Virus record (IMG/VR): IMGVR_UViG_3300031992_000011
Origin: a virus
Lineage: Duplodnaviria > Caudoviricetes
Reading direction: 5' to 3' (one strand)
Length of the DNA stretch: 64,000 nt
The notes under the pieces were generated by a model. It searched no databases. It saw nothing but the letters and a program-made list of their open reading frames with translations, and had not been told where the DNA came from. Positions 53,394 to 61,535 of the stretch are shown here, in pieces. Positions within the stretch are counted from its first letter, which is position 1. Each line of letters starts with the position of its first letter. Made by a program: the position numbers and the translations under genes.

Positions 53394-54896
53394 ATGTACT
53401 ATCCCAAGGAACACATAACAAAGACGTGGTATCAATATAACCCCGATGCGTCTCCAAAGGTCGTGCTCGAGAAATACGATTACGACCCCAGTAATTCCGT
53501 ACGAGAGTCAATATGCCCGGGTTTTGACAACAACGGACAAGAGAAAGATGAAGAGGCGCTGAAGGGTATATTCCCGTATTTGCTCGTGAAATATCACGTC
53601 GTGAAACGAGAAAGGTGCGCTGACAATGAAATTGACGGACCCGGTGTATGTGAGGAATGGGTGACAACAGAATCCGGGGGTGACGGCACTGACGACGGAG
53701 ATACATCTCAACCGTGTGTCGACAGGAAATGTTCCACATGCCGTGACGGATACAAGTACAAATTCACAAACGACACTACCGGGGAGACCGCATATGGCGT
53801 GTTCACTGACGACGGACTTATACACGTGCGAACAGACCAAGGTTTCACCGCTTCAGAAGTGTCTAAGATATTGTGGCTTGACGAAATGGTACAGGACGGA
53901 GACCTGTTGAGTTTCCATGACGATACCATAAGTTTTTGTTGCGAGGCGCAAAGTAATCCGGGGAGACAGAAGACTTATGGGGGAATATTCTCCCAGCAAT
54001 GGGCGGACGTGCTGTGCGAAAGGCTTCTAAACGGATTCAGTGTGGTGCAGGCATCACAGATACTCCCGTGGTATCTTCGTCCGGTCGGAAGTCTCGTTTA
54101 TGTCGACGGAGAGTACAGGGTGATATCAGACATAGTTGTAATGGAAAAGATTGACGGGGTGGATGCCATATCTTGGTATAGCACTCCATTAAACAACTTA
54201 TTCACTACAAAGTCCATCCGGGACCAACTGTCTACCGCGATAAACGCAAGAGTCACGGACTATACCAATCAGTTGTTGAGACGTATCAACAAGGAGATAA
54301 TCACATGCGTCGCCGACGAATGTGACTGTGAAGACGCGTCTGACGACCCGTGTTTCGGCGGGTACGCGTCATTGGGCATTCATTACGGAAAGTACACGTG
54401 CGACGAGCAACAACCGCCAAGTGGCGAGATATGCAACGCTGACCTCAGCGGGAACGGAGAAGTGGGTATTGAGGATGTAAACATCGTACTCGACATCGTA
54501 CTCGGAAAATTCATCAAGGATGACGCCACAGGATGTTATATACCCAACACTTCAAACGCCAATGCACCGTCAGCAGGCGGCACAAGAAGGATAACCGTCG
54601 AACTGGAAAGTCCGGTAAGCATCGGCAGCGGATACCAGGCCAATATGTACACGTTCGAGACAAGCTACGATGGCGAATCCGGCGAAGAAGCGGGGACAAC
54701 CACGCAGATCTCGTATATGAACAACGCCACCGGCAAGATGATGGACTACAACATCTCGCCAAACGGAACAGTTACCGTCGGAAAATTGTGGAAACTGACT
54801 GACGCGTCCGAATTCGTGATGCCGATGGAATCCGGAATGACACCGGAACAATGGGTGAACAACATGCAGTCGGCACAGGAGACAATAACACCTTAA
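53394..54896 (+). CDS. Cys-rich protein, paralog B, with dockerin-like EF-hand repeat
   Basis: Shared N-terminus; ADLSGNGEVGIEDVNIVLDIVLGK. Confidence 0.75.
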   Translation: MYYPKEHITKTWYQYNPDASPKVVLEKYDYDPSNSVRESICPGFDNNGQEKDEEALKGIFPYLLVKYHVVKRERCADNEIDGPGVCEEWVTTESGGDGTDDGDTSQPCVDRKCSTCRDGYKYKFTNDTTGETAYGVFTDDGLIHVRTDQGFTASEVSKILWLDEMVQDGDLLSFHDDTISFCCEAQSNPGRQKTYGGIFSQQWADVLCERLLNGFSVVQASQILPWYLRPVGSLVYVDGEYRVISDIVVMEKIDGVDAISWYSTPLNNLFTTKSIRDQLSTAINARVTDYTNQLLRRINKEIITCVADECDCEDASDDPCFGGYASLGIHYGKYTCDEQQPPSGEICNADLSGNGEVGIEDVNIVLDIVLGKFIKDDATGCYIPNTSNANAPSAGGTRRITVELESPVSIGSGYQANMYTFETSYDGESGEEAGTTTQISYMNNATGKMMDYNISPNGTVTVGKLWKLTDASEFVMPMESGMTPEQWVNNMQSAQETITP

Positions 54897-54913
54897 ATTT
54901 TGCGTAATTTAAA

Positions 54914-55216
54914 ATGGAAAGAAGAATCAATATCACAGAAACAGAACTCCGAAGGATAATAAGCGAAACAGTGCATCGTGCGTTGGCTGAATCCTTTGGT
55001 GGCGACGGATATGACGCGTATGTTGTGGTCGACGAGGCGTCAGGGGAGATAATCGGGAACTACGCCACGTCAGACCGGGAAGAGGCGATTTCTGACGCCG
55101 AGGATATGGCGAGGAGCGGCGGCAGATATATGGTCCTTGGATGTGTCGGGAATGAGTACAGTTTCGATGACGTGGTGTACGACACCGATCCGGACGGTCC
55201 GAGTTATAGGTTTTAG
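54914..55216 (+). CDS. Small protein with ITETELRRIISETV N-terminal motif
   Basis: 100 aa ORF followed by terminator. Confidence 0.7.
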   Translation: MERRINITETELRRIISETVHRALAESFGGDGYDAYVVVDEASGEIIGNYATSDREEAISDAEDMARSGGRYMVLGCVGNEYSFDDVVYDTDPDGPSYRF

Positions 55217-55239
55217 TTCCAAACCACAATAATGGAATA

Positions 55240-55276
55240 TCCGTCAATGACTTTTTTCATTGACGGATTTTTTTTG
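55240..55276. terminator. Terminator between convergent genes
   Basis: TCCGTCAATGA / TCATTGACGGA plus T run. Confidence 0.8.
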
Positions 55277-55295
55277 TTAACGAACATTATCAGTT

Positions 55296-57014
55296 TCAAA
55301 TCTTGCGTCCGTTCCTCTGAAGGCTGAATGACCTGACATCCGGATAAAGGAAAACATGTATTCCCAGAGCGGACGCCTTTTGACTTATGGTGTTGATGGT
55401 CGACTCCATGTCATCCGGGAATTCAGACATGCTATGGTCGGCATAAAGGTCGATTTGCTTTATGTACTTATTGGCGTCAGGTATATATTGCGCCTTTGTC
55501 GTCAGACGGTCTTCCGCCTGTGACATTGGGTGAGTGTACCTGTCGTCATACACAGTCCCGAATCCGTCCCATCCGAATGACGTTGTGCCATTGGTCTGCA
55601 TCATTTCCTCTTTGCCGTTATGAGCGAATATTCCGTGTGTATTGTCAGCAAACGCCATTGGGTCACCCTTTCCGTTACCGTAGTCGTAATATTCCCAGTC
55701 CATCGGTTTTACCCTAAGGTTGTGCCTCTTCCCGTTCTTTTCGTTAGGGACTTTGAAATTGTTGTATGTGTTCAACGCTCGACCGTCTATTGCAAGGCGC
55801 GCCACAATTCCATCATACCCGTTGGAACCATATTCACCGTAGGCAAGAACCGGATATCCTTCGTGGAAATTCTTGTTCCGCGTGAATGACATGAAATTCA
55901 TGTCTGGACCGTCAACATATTCCATGTCCCCGGTTTCTGTGTTCAGAAAAGTCTCAGGACCCTGCGGAAAAAATTTGTTGTGCGACAACAGTTTAATTAG
56001 GTTGTCGGCATTTGTGTAATGATAAAGCAAGGATGACGCAGATTCACGCAGAGCCGAACGGACGGCTTCATTGACCATGCCCGTGATTCTTCGTCTGATG
56101 AATGATTCGGTAAATAAAATTTGGAACTTGTTGCTGTATGATATGTTCCCGTTTGATTTAACAAGATACACGCATTCGTTCTTTTCATCAACGGCAAACG
56201 TCTTGTCATATTTCTTTATTGTCGGGTAGGTTTCTCCGCTTTTGCGGTCTTTCACGACACCTTCACGGTTCTCAGGCATCACATCGTCCAAAGTGAACAC
56301 CATTTCCTCCGCCTTGGGTTTTTCTTGCAATCCATTGAATTCCATGTTTATGTTTGAACCGTCCCCGTCAGAAACGACATCCCCCTCGAAACCCATGATA
56401 TTGTCGCATTCCATCTTGGTGACCGGTTTCCCGCTGAATATTCTATTGTAAAGCGCGACAACTTTGTCGTCATCACCTTTCGAGACACAGTACTCCCATA
56501 TCTCGACGCGTGAGTGTTTGTTCCCCGCGAACTTCCTCAGCAGTGTGCGGTTGTTGTCGAAAACAACTGATATTCCGAAGTCGTGATGTCCATTGCGCTC
56601 CCATTCGGACGGGTTCACCGTGTGGTTTGACAACCTGAAGTCGCCCTTCACTTCTACATGCGGACCGTCCTTTGTGGCGATGACCATCGTGAAGTTGTGT
56701 CCCATTATGTACTGGGACGCGCTCTTTATAAAGTTAAGACGTGCAGATTCAAGGTCGTCCGGCGTAGAGGCCGACATTATCTTCCGAACGTTGTCCCCGA
56801 TTTTCTTGAAATAAGCGAACTGTGCGGCGTAATCCCTTTTCAAAAGGCATTTCTTCACAAAACCGGTGTCGTCCGGATTTCTGAAATCCCCGACGGGACA
56901 TCTTGCGTGACCGCCGGTTGTCTCATCGAAGAATTCGTACATCATGCCTGTTCCATCTTTCTCGATCCAACTCTCCGAAAGCACAAGACGGGGTATATGT
57001 GTGGATAAAACCAT
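55296..57014 (-). CDS. Multidomain protein; C-terminal domain ADP-ribosyltransferase-like
   Basis: 572 aa; LLYHYT..MSFTRN..QAEDR pattern. Confidence 0.55.
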   Translation of the reverse strand: MVLSTHIPRLVLSESWIEKDGTGMMYEFFDETTGGHARCPVGDFRNPDDTGFVKKCLLKRDYAAQFAYFKKIGDNVRKIMSASTPDDLESARLNFIKSASQYIMGHNFTMVIATKDGPHVEVKGDFRLSNHTVNPSEWERNGHHDFGISVVFDNNRTLLRKFAGNKHSRVEIWEYCVSKGDDDKVVALYNRIFSGKPVTKMECDNIMGFEGDVVSDGDGSNINMEFNGLQEKPKAEEMVFTLDDVMPENREGVVKDRKSGETYPTIKKYDKTFAVDEKNECVYLVKSNGNISYSNKFQILFTESFIRRRITGMVNEAVRSALRESASSLLYHYTNADNLIKLLSHNKFFPQGPETFLNTETGDMEYVDGPDMNFMSFTRNKNFHEGYPVLAYGEYGSNGYDGIVARLAIDGRALNTYNNFKVPNEKNGKRHNLRVKPMDWEYYDYGNGKGDPMAFADNTHGIFAHNGKEEMMQTNGTTSFGWDGFGTVYDDRYTHPMSQAEDRLTTKAQYIPDANKYIKQIDLYADHSMSEFPDDMESTINTISQKASALGIHVFLYPDVRSFSLQRNGRKI

Positions 57015-57079
57015 CTAATTAACTATTTTTAACATTAAATATTTTTATATTACATTAGTTTTTATGTACCTTCGCCGAT

Positions 57080-57622
57080 ATGGAAAACAGTAAAGAAAGA
57101 TTTCTGATCGGGATTGACGACACGCACGGCAATTACAAGGAACATGGCGCTGTCGTGGTCCGAACCGCGGGTTTGGACGAGTATATCGCGTCACGTCGCC
57201 GACTGATTGGTGACGGCATAATGGAGTTCCATTCAACCAAGAGCATAGAGAACATCGGCGGGTGCGAAAACACGCCATGTGTGCTCGTGTGCGCCGACAA
57301 TGGGACGAAGTCATGGTTCATTACTGAGGCGGGCAACCTCCCGACTGTCATCAATGACAAATTCAGCGGATGCTCCGTTGAATACAACACGTCAAACCCG
57401 TTGTTCGGATACAAGACGTGGAGAGTAAGCGGGACTGTAAGCGACACAGAAACCGCTATCACACACGTGGTGGAGCACATGCTTTCTGACGACTACAATC
57501 AGGCGGAGCACACGAGAGTCGTTGTCGTGGACAAGGAAGGGAGCGAGGTTTCATTGCTTACACTGTATCTGGTCAAGACCGCCGATTGTCTGAAAAACAG
57601 AAAAAATCCGCAAAATCCGTGA
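57080..57622 (+). CDS. Hypothetical protein
   Basis: 180 aa, TACCTTCG upstream. Confidence 0.65.
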   Translation: MENSKERFLIGIDDTHGNYKEHGAVVVRTAGLDEYIASRRRLIGDGIMEFHSTKSIENIGGCENTPCVLVCADNGTKSWFITEAGNLPTVINDKFSGCSVEYNTSNPLFGYKTWRVSGTVSDTETAITHVVEHMLSDDYNQAEHTRVVVVDKEGSEVSLLTLYLVKTADCLKNRKNPQNP

Positions 57623-57715
57623 TATTGGCGAAAAAAATCCACACAAAAGAAATTTTTTTGTTGAATTTTCAAAAGTTACTGCTATTTATATTTCGTAAAA
57701 AAAAATTCTGTAAAC

Positions 57716-57910
57716 GATGCGAATATATTGCACATCCACAAACGGTAAAAACGAATGGTCTGCATATGACAGTAGACCACTCGAAAACCCATACTGTTTG
57801 TCGTGCATCGCATCACGGTAGTTTTATCAACCGTAGAATACTGATCAGAATTCCAATATATGAGGTCCGTGATGCATGTGGGAACACAAGCATTGCGGAC
57901 TCCCCCTTTT
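57716..57910 (+). ncRNA. Candidate structured ncRNA (long interrupted hairpin plus two hairpins)
   Basis: GATGCGA/TCGCATC, TGCAC/GTGCA, ACAAACGGTA/TACTGTTTGT, TGGTCTGC/GTAGACCA nested helices. Confidence 0.45.
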
Positions 57911-57930
57911 CTAAAGAGGTGCAGAAAATT

Positions 57931-57987
57931 TGTTAACATTCTTTAACATATAAAATTTGCAGAAGTCAACTTTTTGTTGTACCTTTG
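57931..57987 (+). promoter_or_regulatory. tRNA-operon promoter with upstream TGTTAA-N6-TTAACA palindrome
   Basis: Palindrome 57931-57948, TTTG 57956, TACCTTTG 57980-57987. Confidence 0.8.
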
Positions 57988-58038
57988 CAGCGCAAAAGCA
58001 CTAAACATAGTTCCTTGACATGTTGAAGCAGACCAAAA

Positions 58039-58109
58039 GCGTCCATAGCACAGAGGCAGTGCACCGGCTTCCCAAGCCGGGGACGCCAGTTCGATTCTGG
58101 TTGGACGCT
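58039..58109 (+). tRNA. tRNA-Gly(CCC)
   Basis: Cloverleaf GCGTCCA/TGGACGC, loop TTCCCAA. Confidence 0.9.
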
Positions 58110-58116
58110 CAAGTAC

Positions 58117-58327
58117 TGCGAGTATAGACCACTTAGTAGTGACCGGTGTAAGCGCTTGGGTAGCTCGAGGCAATGTCCGAGCGTGCAGTCGTGGGGCAAC
58201 GTGCACCCTCAGACCGGTGAAACGTGTTGGTGCTTGTGAAGGCCCATACGAGGTGGCGCAACAGATACGGTTCCCGCGTGGGGAATATCCAAGCCCGTGA
58301 CAGCCGCCGCTCGTCAATTTACTCGCA
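58117..58327 (+). ncRNA. Unassigned approx. 210 nt structured RNA
   Basis: Terminal helix TGCGAGTA/TACTCGCA, long-range GCTTGGGTA/TATCCAAGC, several internal hairpins. Confidence 0.6.
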
Positions 58328-58330
58328 TAT

Positions 58331-58405
58331 AGGGAAGTGGCTCAGTCCGGTTAGAGCGCTTGCTTTGGGAGCAAGAGGCCGCAGGTTCGAATCCTGTTTT
58401 CCCTA
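58331..58405 (+). tRNA. tRNA-Pro(TGG)
   Basis: Cloverleaf, loop TTTGGGA. Confidence 0.9.
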
Positions 58406-58419
58406 CAAAAAAAAATAAC

Positions 58420-58493
58420 ACTCCAGTGGCGCAATTGGTCAGCGTGTCTGTCTTATACACAGTAGGTTGTAGGTTCAAGTCCTACCTGGAGTA
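58420..58493 (+). tRNA. tRNA-Ile(TAT)
   Basis: ACTCCAG/CTGGAGT, loop CTTATAC. Confidence 0.8.
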
Positions 58494-58517
58494 CATTTTT
58501 GAAAAACAATCAGCATT

Positions 58518-58736
58518 ATGCCGAAACTTAATCTAAATGAAGTACTGAATGATGACGATGTCATCAAGGCGTTGAACCCTAAAGAATGGGAGTTCAGGTG
58601 TGGCAGTTGTGACAACTTCTGTGACATCTTCGGGAGATATTCCGAGTTCAAAACCATTGAAAGATGCCCGTTCGAGGGGAAGGTGACGTGGGACACTGAT
58701 TGGAGAAAGATTGGCTGTAAGTGCTATTGGAACTAA
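58518..58736 (+). CDS. Small Cys-rich protein within tRNA array
   Basis: 72 aa, CGSCDNFC..C..CKC. Confidence 0.55.
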   Translation: MPKLNLNEVLNDDDVIKALNPKEWEFRCGSCDNFCDIFGRYSEFKTIERCPFEGKVTWDTDWRKIGCKCYWN

Positions 58737-58739
58737 AAT

Positions 58740-58813
58740 GGTCCTGTAACTCAGTTGGTCAGAGTGCCTGACTCATAATCAGGGAGTCGTAGGTTCAAGC
58801 CCTACCGGGACCA
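58740..58813 (+). tRNA. tRNA-CAT (elongator Met or Ile2)
   Basis: GGTCCTG/CGGGACC, loop CTCATAA. Confidence 0.85.
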
Positions 58814-58822
58814 CAATGCAAT

Positions 58823-58896
58823 TGCGGGGTGGAGCAGATGGTCAGCTCGTTTGGCTCATAACCAAAAGGTCGCAGGTCCGAGTCCTGCCCCCGCAA
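58823..58896 (+). tRNA. tRNA-Met(CAT), initiator-like
   Basis: TGCGGGG TG GAGC 5' end typical of fMet tRNAs, loop CTCATAA. Confidence 0.8.
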
Positions 58897-58960
58897 CAAC
58901 ACAGTCTGCCGATAAGAGATGAACACCTATTTATGTCTATAGCAGATATAGCATTGAAAT

Positions 58961-59689
58961 ATGAATAGGATAAGGCAAATCATCAACGAGGCAGTCCGAG
59001 AGACCTTGTTGTTTGAAGCGATCAAGTCAAGTTGGTTGAAAAGGTTCTTCGCCGAGCATGGAGGTGTGGACAGCACTATGCACAACGACTACTTGGGCGA
59101 CGCACAGGATGAGGATATCGAGGACGTGAAGGTTTTTCCTTCAAAGAAGGAAGCGTTTGAAATGGCGTGGAAACTGAGACGTGAGCACATAACCGGTTTT
59201 CGTAAAGTATATGTCGCCAAGGACGGCACGGCAGTTCTTGTCGTGTACAAGGATTCTGTAAAATCAAACCCGACATGGGGCGGAGAAGCGTCCGCAAAGA
59301 CAGCCGACAGGTATTGGAGAAACGGTGAAAGGTTCACTTCGTACAATCCTGAAACCGGTCAGAGAGTACCCGGATACCGTGACGACAGGGGCACCTACAC
59401 ATACAGTGACGGAAAGTCAAGCGAAGGTGCCGCCAGATTCGGCATAAGGAATTCGGACGATTACCGTAGACATGTGGCGTTCGTCAGAGATCAGAGGGCG
59501 AAGGCAAAACAGAACGGAAAAGAGGATGATTTCAACCGTTGGCGTGATGCAGAAGCCAAGAGAGTCAAAGACTACGCTGAAGAAAAGAAGAAGGAACGTG
59601 ATTGGCAGAGGGAATATTTCGGGCTCAGTGACCGTGAGCGAGAACGCAGACTGTCAAGACCTGCCCCATTGGACAAGCGTTTCAAATAA
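58961..59689 (+). CDS. Hypothetical protein with IRQIINEAVRE N-terminal motif
   Basis: 242 aa within tRNA array, TATTTA upstream. Confidence 0.75.
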   Translation: MNRIRQIINEAVRETLLFEAIKSSWLKRFFAEHGGVDSTMHNDYLGDAQDEDIEDVKVFPSKKEAFEMAWKLRREHITGFRKVYVAKDGTAVLVVYKDSVKSNPTWGGEASAKTADRYWRNGERFTSYNPETGQRVPGYRDDRGTYTYSDGKSSEGAARFGIRNSDDYRRHVAFVRDQRAKAKQNGKEDDFNRWRDAEAKRVKDYAEEKKKERDWQREYFGLSDRERERRLSRPAPLDKRFK

Positions 59690-59738
59690 CACGAATGCGT
59701 TAAACGGCCGCGCCGACATGTCAGTGCGGTCATTTTAT

Positions 59739-59810
59739 GCCCCCTTAGCACAGCGGTAGTGCAGTTCACTTGTAATGAACAGGTCGTTGGTTCGAATCCG
59801 ACAGGGGGCT
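59739..59810 (+). tRNA. tRNA-Thr(TGT)
   Basis: Cloverleaf, loop CTTGTAA. Confidence 0.9.
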
Positions 59811-59902
59811 CAACATAGCAAGGTAACAACAAGGCGCGACTCCCCCAACCGCGCCGGTAACCCGCACGTAACAGCCGATAGGGGCGGCGACCTTGCCGAT
59901 AC

Positions 59903-59974
59903 GCGGATGTAGCACAACGGTTCGTGCACCAGCCTTCCAAGCTGGGGATGACGGTTCGATTCCGTTCATCCGCT
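59903..59974 (+). tRNA. tRNA-Gly(TCC)
   Basis: Cloverleaf, loop CTTCCAA. Confidence 0.9.
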
Positions 59975-60103
59975 CAAAAAATGGGCTGAAATTTGTGGGC
60001 ATAAAGTTAAAACCTCAAGACGTTGAAAGCAGCAGTATAGGGACTGCTATTGGCGGTCAGATTAACCGTAGCCACATCTTGCAAGAGTTTCGGCCTTTAA
60101 TAT

Positions 60104-60181
60104 AGCGGAGTGGAGCAGAAGCAGCTCGTCAGGTTCATACCCTGAAGGTCGTCTCAAACGGTGCAAGTCCTACCTCCGCCA
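60104..60181 (+). tRNA. Aberrant initiator-like tRNA(CAT) with disrupted T stem
   Basis: AGCGGAG/CTCCGCC (1:72 mismatch), loop TTCATAC, extra CTCAAAC in T stem, T loop TGCAAGT. Confidence 0.55.
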
Positions 60182-60327
60182 CTAAAATATGGGATTCTAC
60201 ACAGAGTATTCTTTTAAGTAGATGCATATGCTTACTAGGATATTGGGTGGTATTAGATTTTGAAACTGCAGATAATCAAAATCTATTAGGAGGTTCGAGC
60301 CATCTGTTTCCCACAAAATTCAAAAAT

Positions 60328-60401
60328 GGTGCGTTAGTTCAGTTGGTTAGAATGCCTGCCTGTCACGCAGGAGGTCACGGGTCCGAGTCCCGTACGCACC
60401 G
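60328..60401 (+). tRNA. tRNA-Asp(GTC)
   Basis: Cloverleaf, loop CTGTCAC. Confidence 0.9.
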
Positions 60402-60455
60402 CTTCTTGATTGTTTGAATGAGTGGTTTGGGTCGTGTGAGCGCCCAGACCTTTTT

Positions 60456-60529
60456 GCTCCCTTAGCTCAGTTGGATAGAGCGTGAGGTTCCTAACCCCAA
60501 GGTCATGTGTTCGAGCCACATAGGGAGTA
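60456..60529 (+). tRNA. tRNA-Arg(CCT)
   Basis: Cloverleaf, loop TTCCTAA. Confidence 0.85.
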
Positions 60530-60533
60530 CTAT

Positions 60534-60619
60534 GGATGGGTGGCAGAGTTGGTCGATTGCACCGGTCTTGAAAACCGGCGGCCCGCAAGGGTCCGGGGGT
60601 TCGAATCCCTCCTCATCCG
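60534..60619 (+). tRNA. tRNA-Ser(TGA)
   Basis: Long variable arm, loop CTTGAAA. Confidence 0.9.
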
Positions 60620-60626
60620 CATAACA

Positions 60627-60710
60627 GCGACAGTGGCGGAACTGGTAGACGCGCCACCTTGAGGGGGTGGTGGGCACACGCCCGTGAAGGTTCGAGTCCT
60701 TTCTGTCGCA
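60627..60710 (+). tRNA. tRNA-Leu(GAG)
   Basis: Long variable arm, loop TTGAGGG. Confidence 0.9.
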
Positions 60711-60754
60711 CAGGCCGGCCGCGAGACGCGCAACGGTCCGTGGCATGGGCATTT

Positions 60755-60828
60755 GCTGCCATCGTCTAATTGGTTAGGACGTCGCCCTTTCACGGCGGAG
60801 ATTACGGGTTCGAGTCCCGTTGGCAGTA
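60755..60828 (+). tRNA. tRNA-Glu(TTC)
   Basis: Cloverleaf, loop CTTTCAC. Confidence 0.9.
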
Positions 60829-60832
60829 CAAC

Positions 60833-60904
60833 GACTCCGTAACTCAGTGGTAGAGTATCGCACTTTTAATGCGAGAGTCGTGGGTTCAAGTCCCACCGGG
60901 GTCA
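60833..60904 (+). tRNA. tRNA-Lys(TTT)
   Basis: Cloverleaf, loop CTTTTAA. Confidence 0.9.
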
Positions 60905-60918
60905 CGAACGCGACAAGA

Positions 60919-60991
60919 GGGCCGCTAGCTCAGATGGTAGAGCGCTACATTCGCATTGTAGAGGTCACCGGTTCGAATCCGGTGCGGTCCA
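60919..60991 (+). tRNA. tRNA-Ala(CGC)
   Basis: G3:U70 pair, loop TTCGCAT. Confidence 0.9.
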
Positions 60992-61138
60992 CAGACAGAG
61001 CGTGTCGCGAACACGCACGCCATCGCACGAGAGGATTGGGGATGGTAACCCCGGATTGTGGAGGTCGTCTAACCAACGATAGAAGTGGCCGTCCGGTACA
61101 TAATCAACGGACAAACATCGTGACGCTTGGCATGTCAT

Positions 61139-61210
61139 GGGGTGATAGCTCAACGGTAGAGCAATTGGCTGTTAACCAATAGGCTGCAGGTTCGAATCCT
61201 GCTCACCCCG
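61139..61210 (+). tRNA. tRNA-Asn(GTT)
   Basis: Cloverleaf, loop CTGTTAA. Confidence 0.9.
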
Positions 61211-61284
61211 CAACTCAGAAGAACGGGCGAATCGCCCTGACAATGGGGATTGAACGGCACCGCCAAAAGTGGTGCCTTTTGCCG

Positions 61285-61368
61285 GGGAGCGTAACCGGTA
61301 ATTGGTAGCCGCACGGACTGTAAATCCGTTCCTTAATTGGACTGGTCGTTCGAGTCGACCCGCTCCCA
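61285..61368 (+). tRNA. tRNA-Tyr(GTA)
   Basis: Variable arm, loop CTGTAAA. Confidence 0.85.
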
Positions 61369-61379
61369 CAATGACTGTT

Positions 61380-61453
61380 CTTCCTGTAGCTCAACTGAAT
61401 AGAGCAATGCACTTCTAATGCATAGGTTCTGGGTTTGAGTCCCAGCGGGAAGA
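61380..61453 (+). tRNA. tRNA-Arg(TCT)
   Basis: Cloverleaf, loop CTTCTAA. Confidence 0.85.
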
Positions 61454-61462
61454 CTAATAACA

Positions 61463-61535
61463 AGGCGGTTAGCTCAGTTGGTAGAGTGGCGGTCTCCAAA
61501 ACCGCAGGTCGCACGTTCGAGCCGTGCACCGCCTG
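61463..61535 (+). tRNA. tRNA-Trp(CCA)
   Basis: Cloverleaf, loop CTCCAAA. Confidence 0.9.

Noticed and set aside
52439-54896. Diversity-generating retroelement TR/VR pair
   Set aside because: Differences between paralogs are mostly synonymous, not adenine-specific, and there is no reverse transcriptase in the window
58117-58327. RNase P RNA call (GAGGCAATGTCCGAGC resembles GAGGAAAGTCC)
   Set aside because: No matching 3' P4 strand found and conserved elements are out of order; left unassigned
59818-59896. Twister ribozyme
   Set aside because: Only superficial UAAC / CCCAA / GGGG similarity; could not fit the consensus by eye
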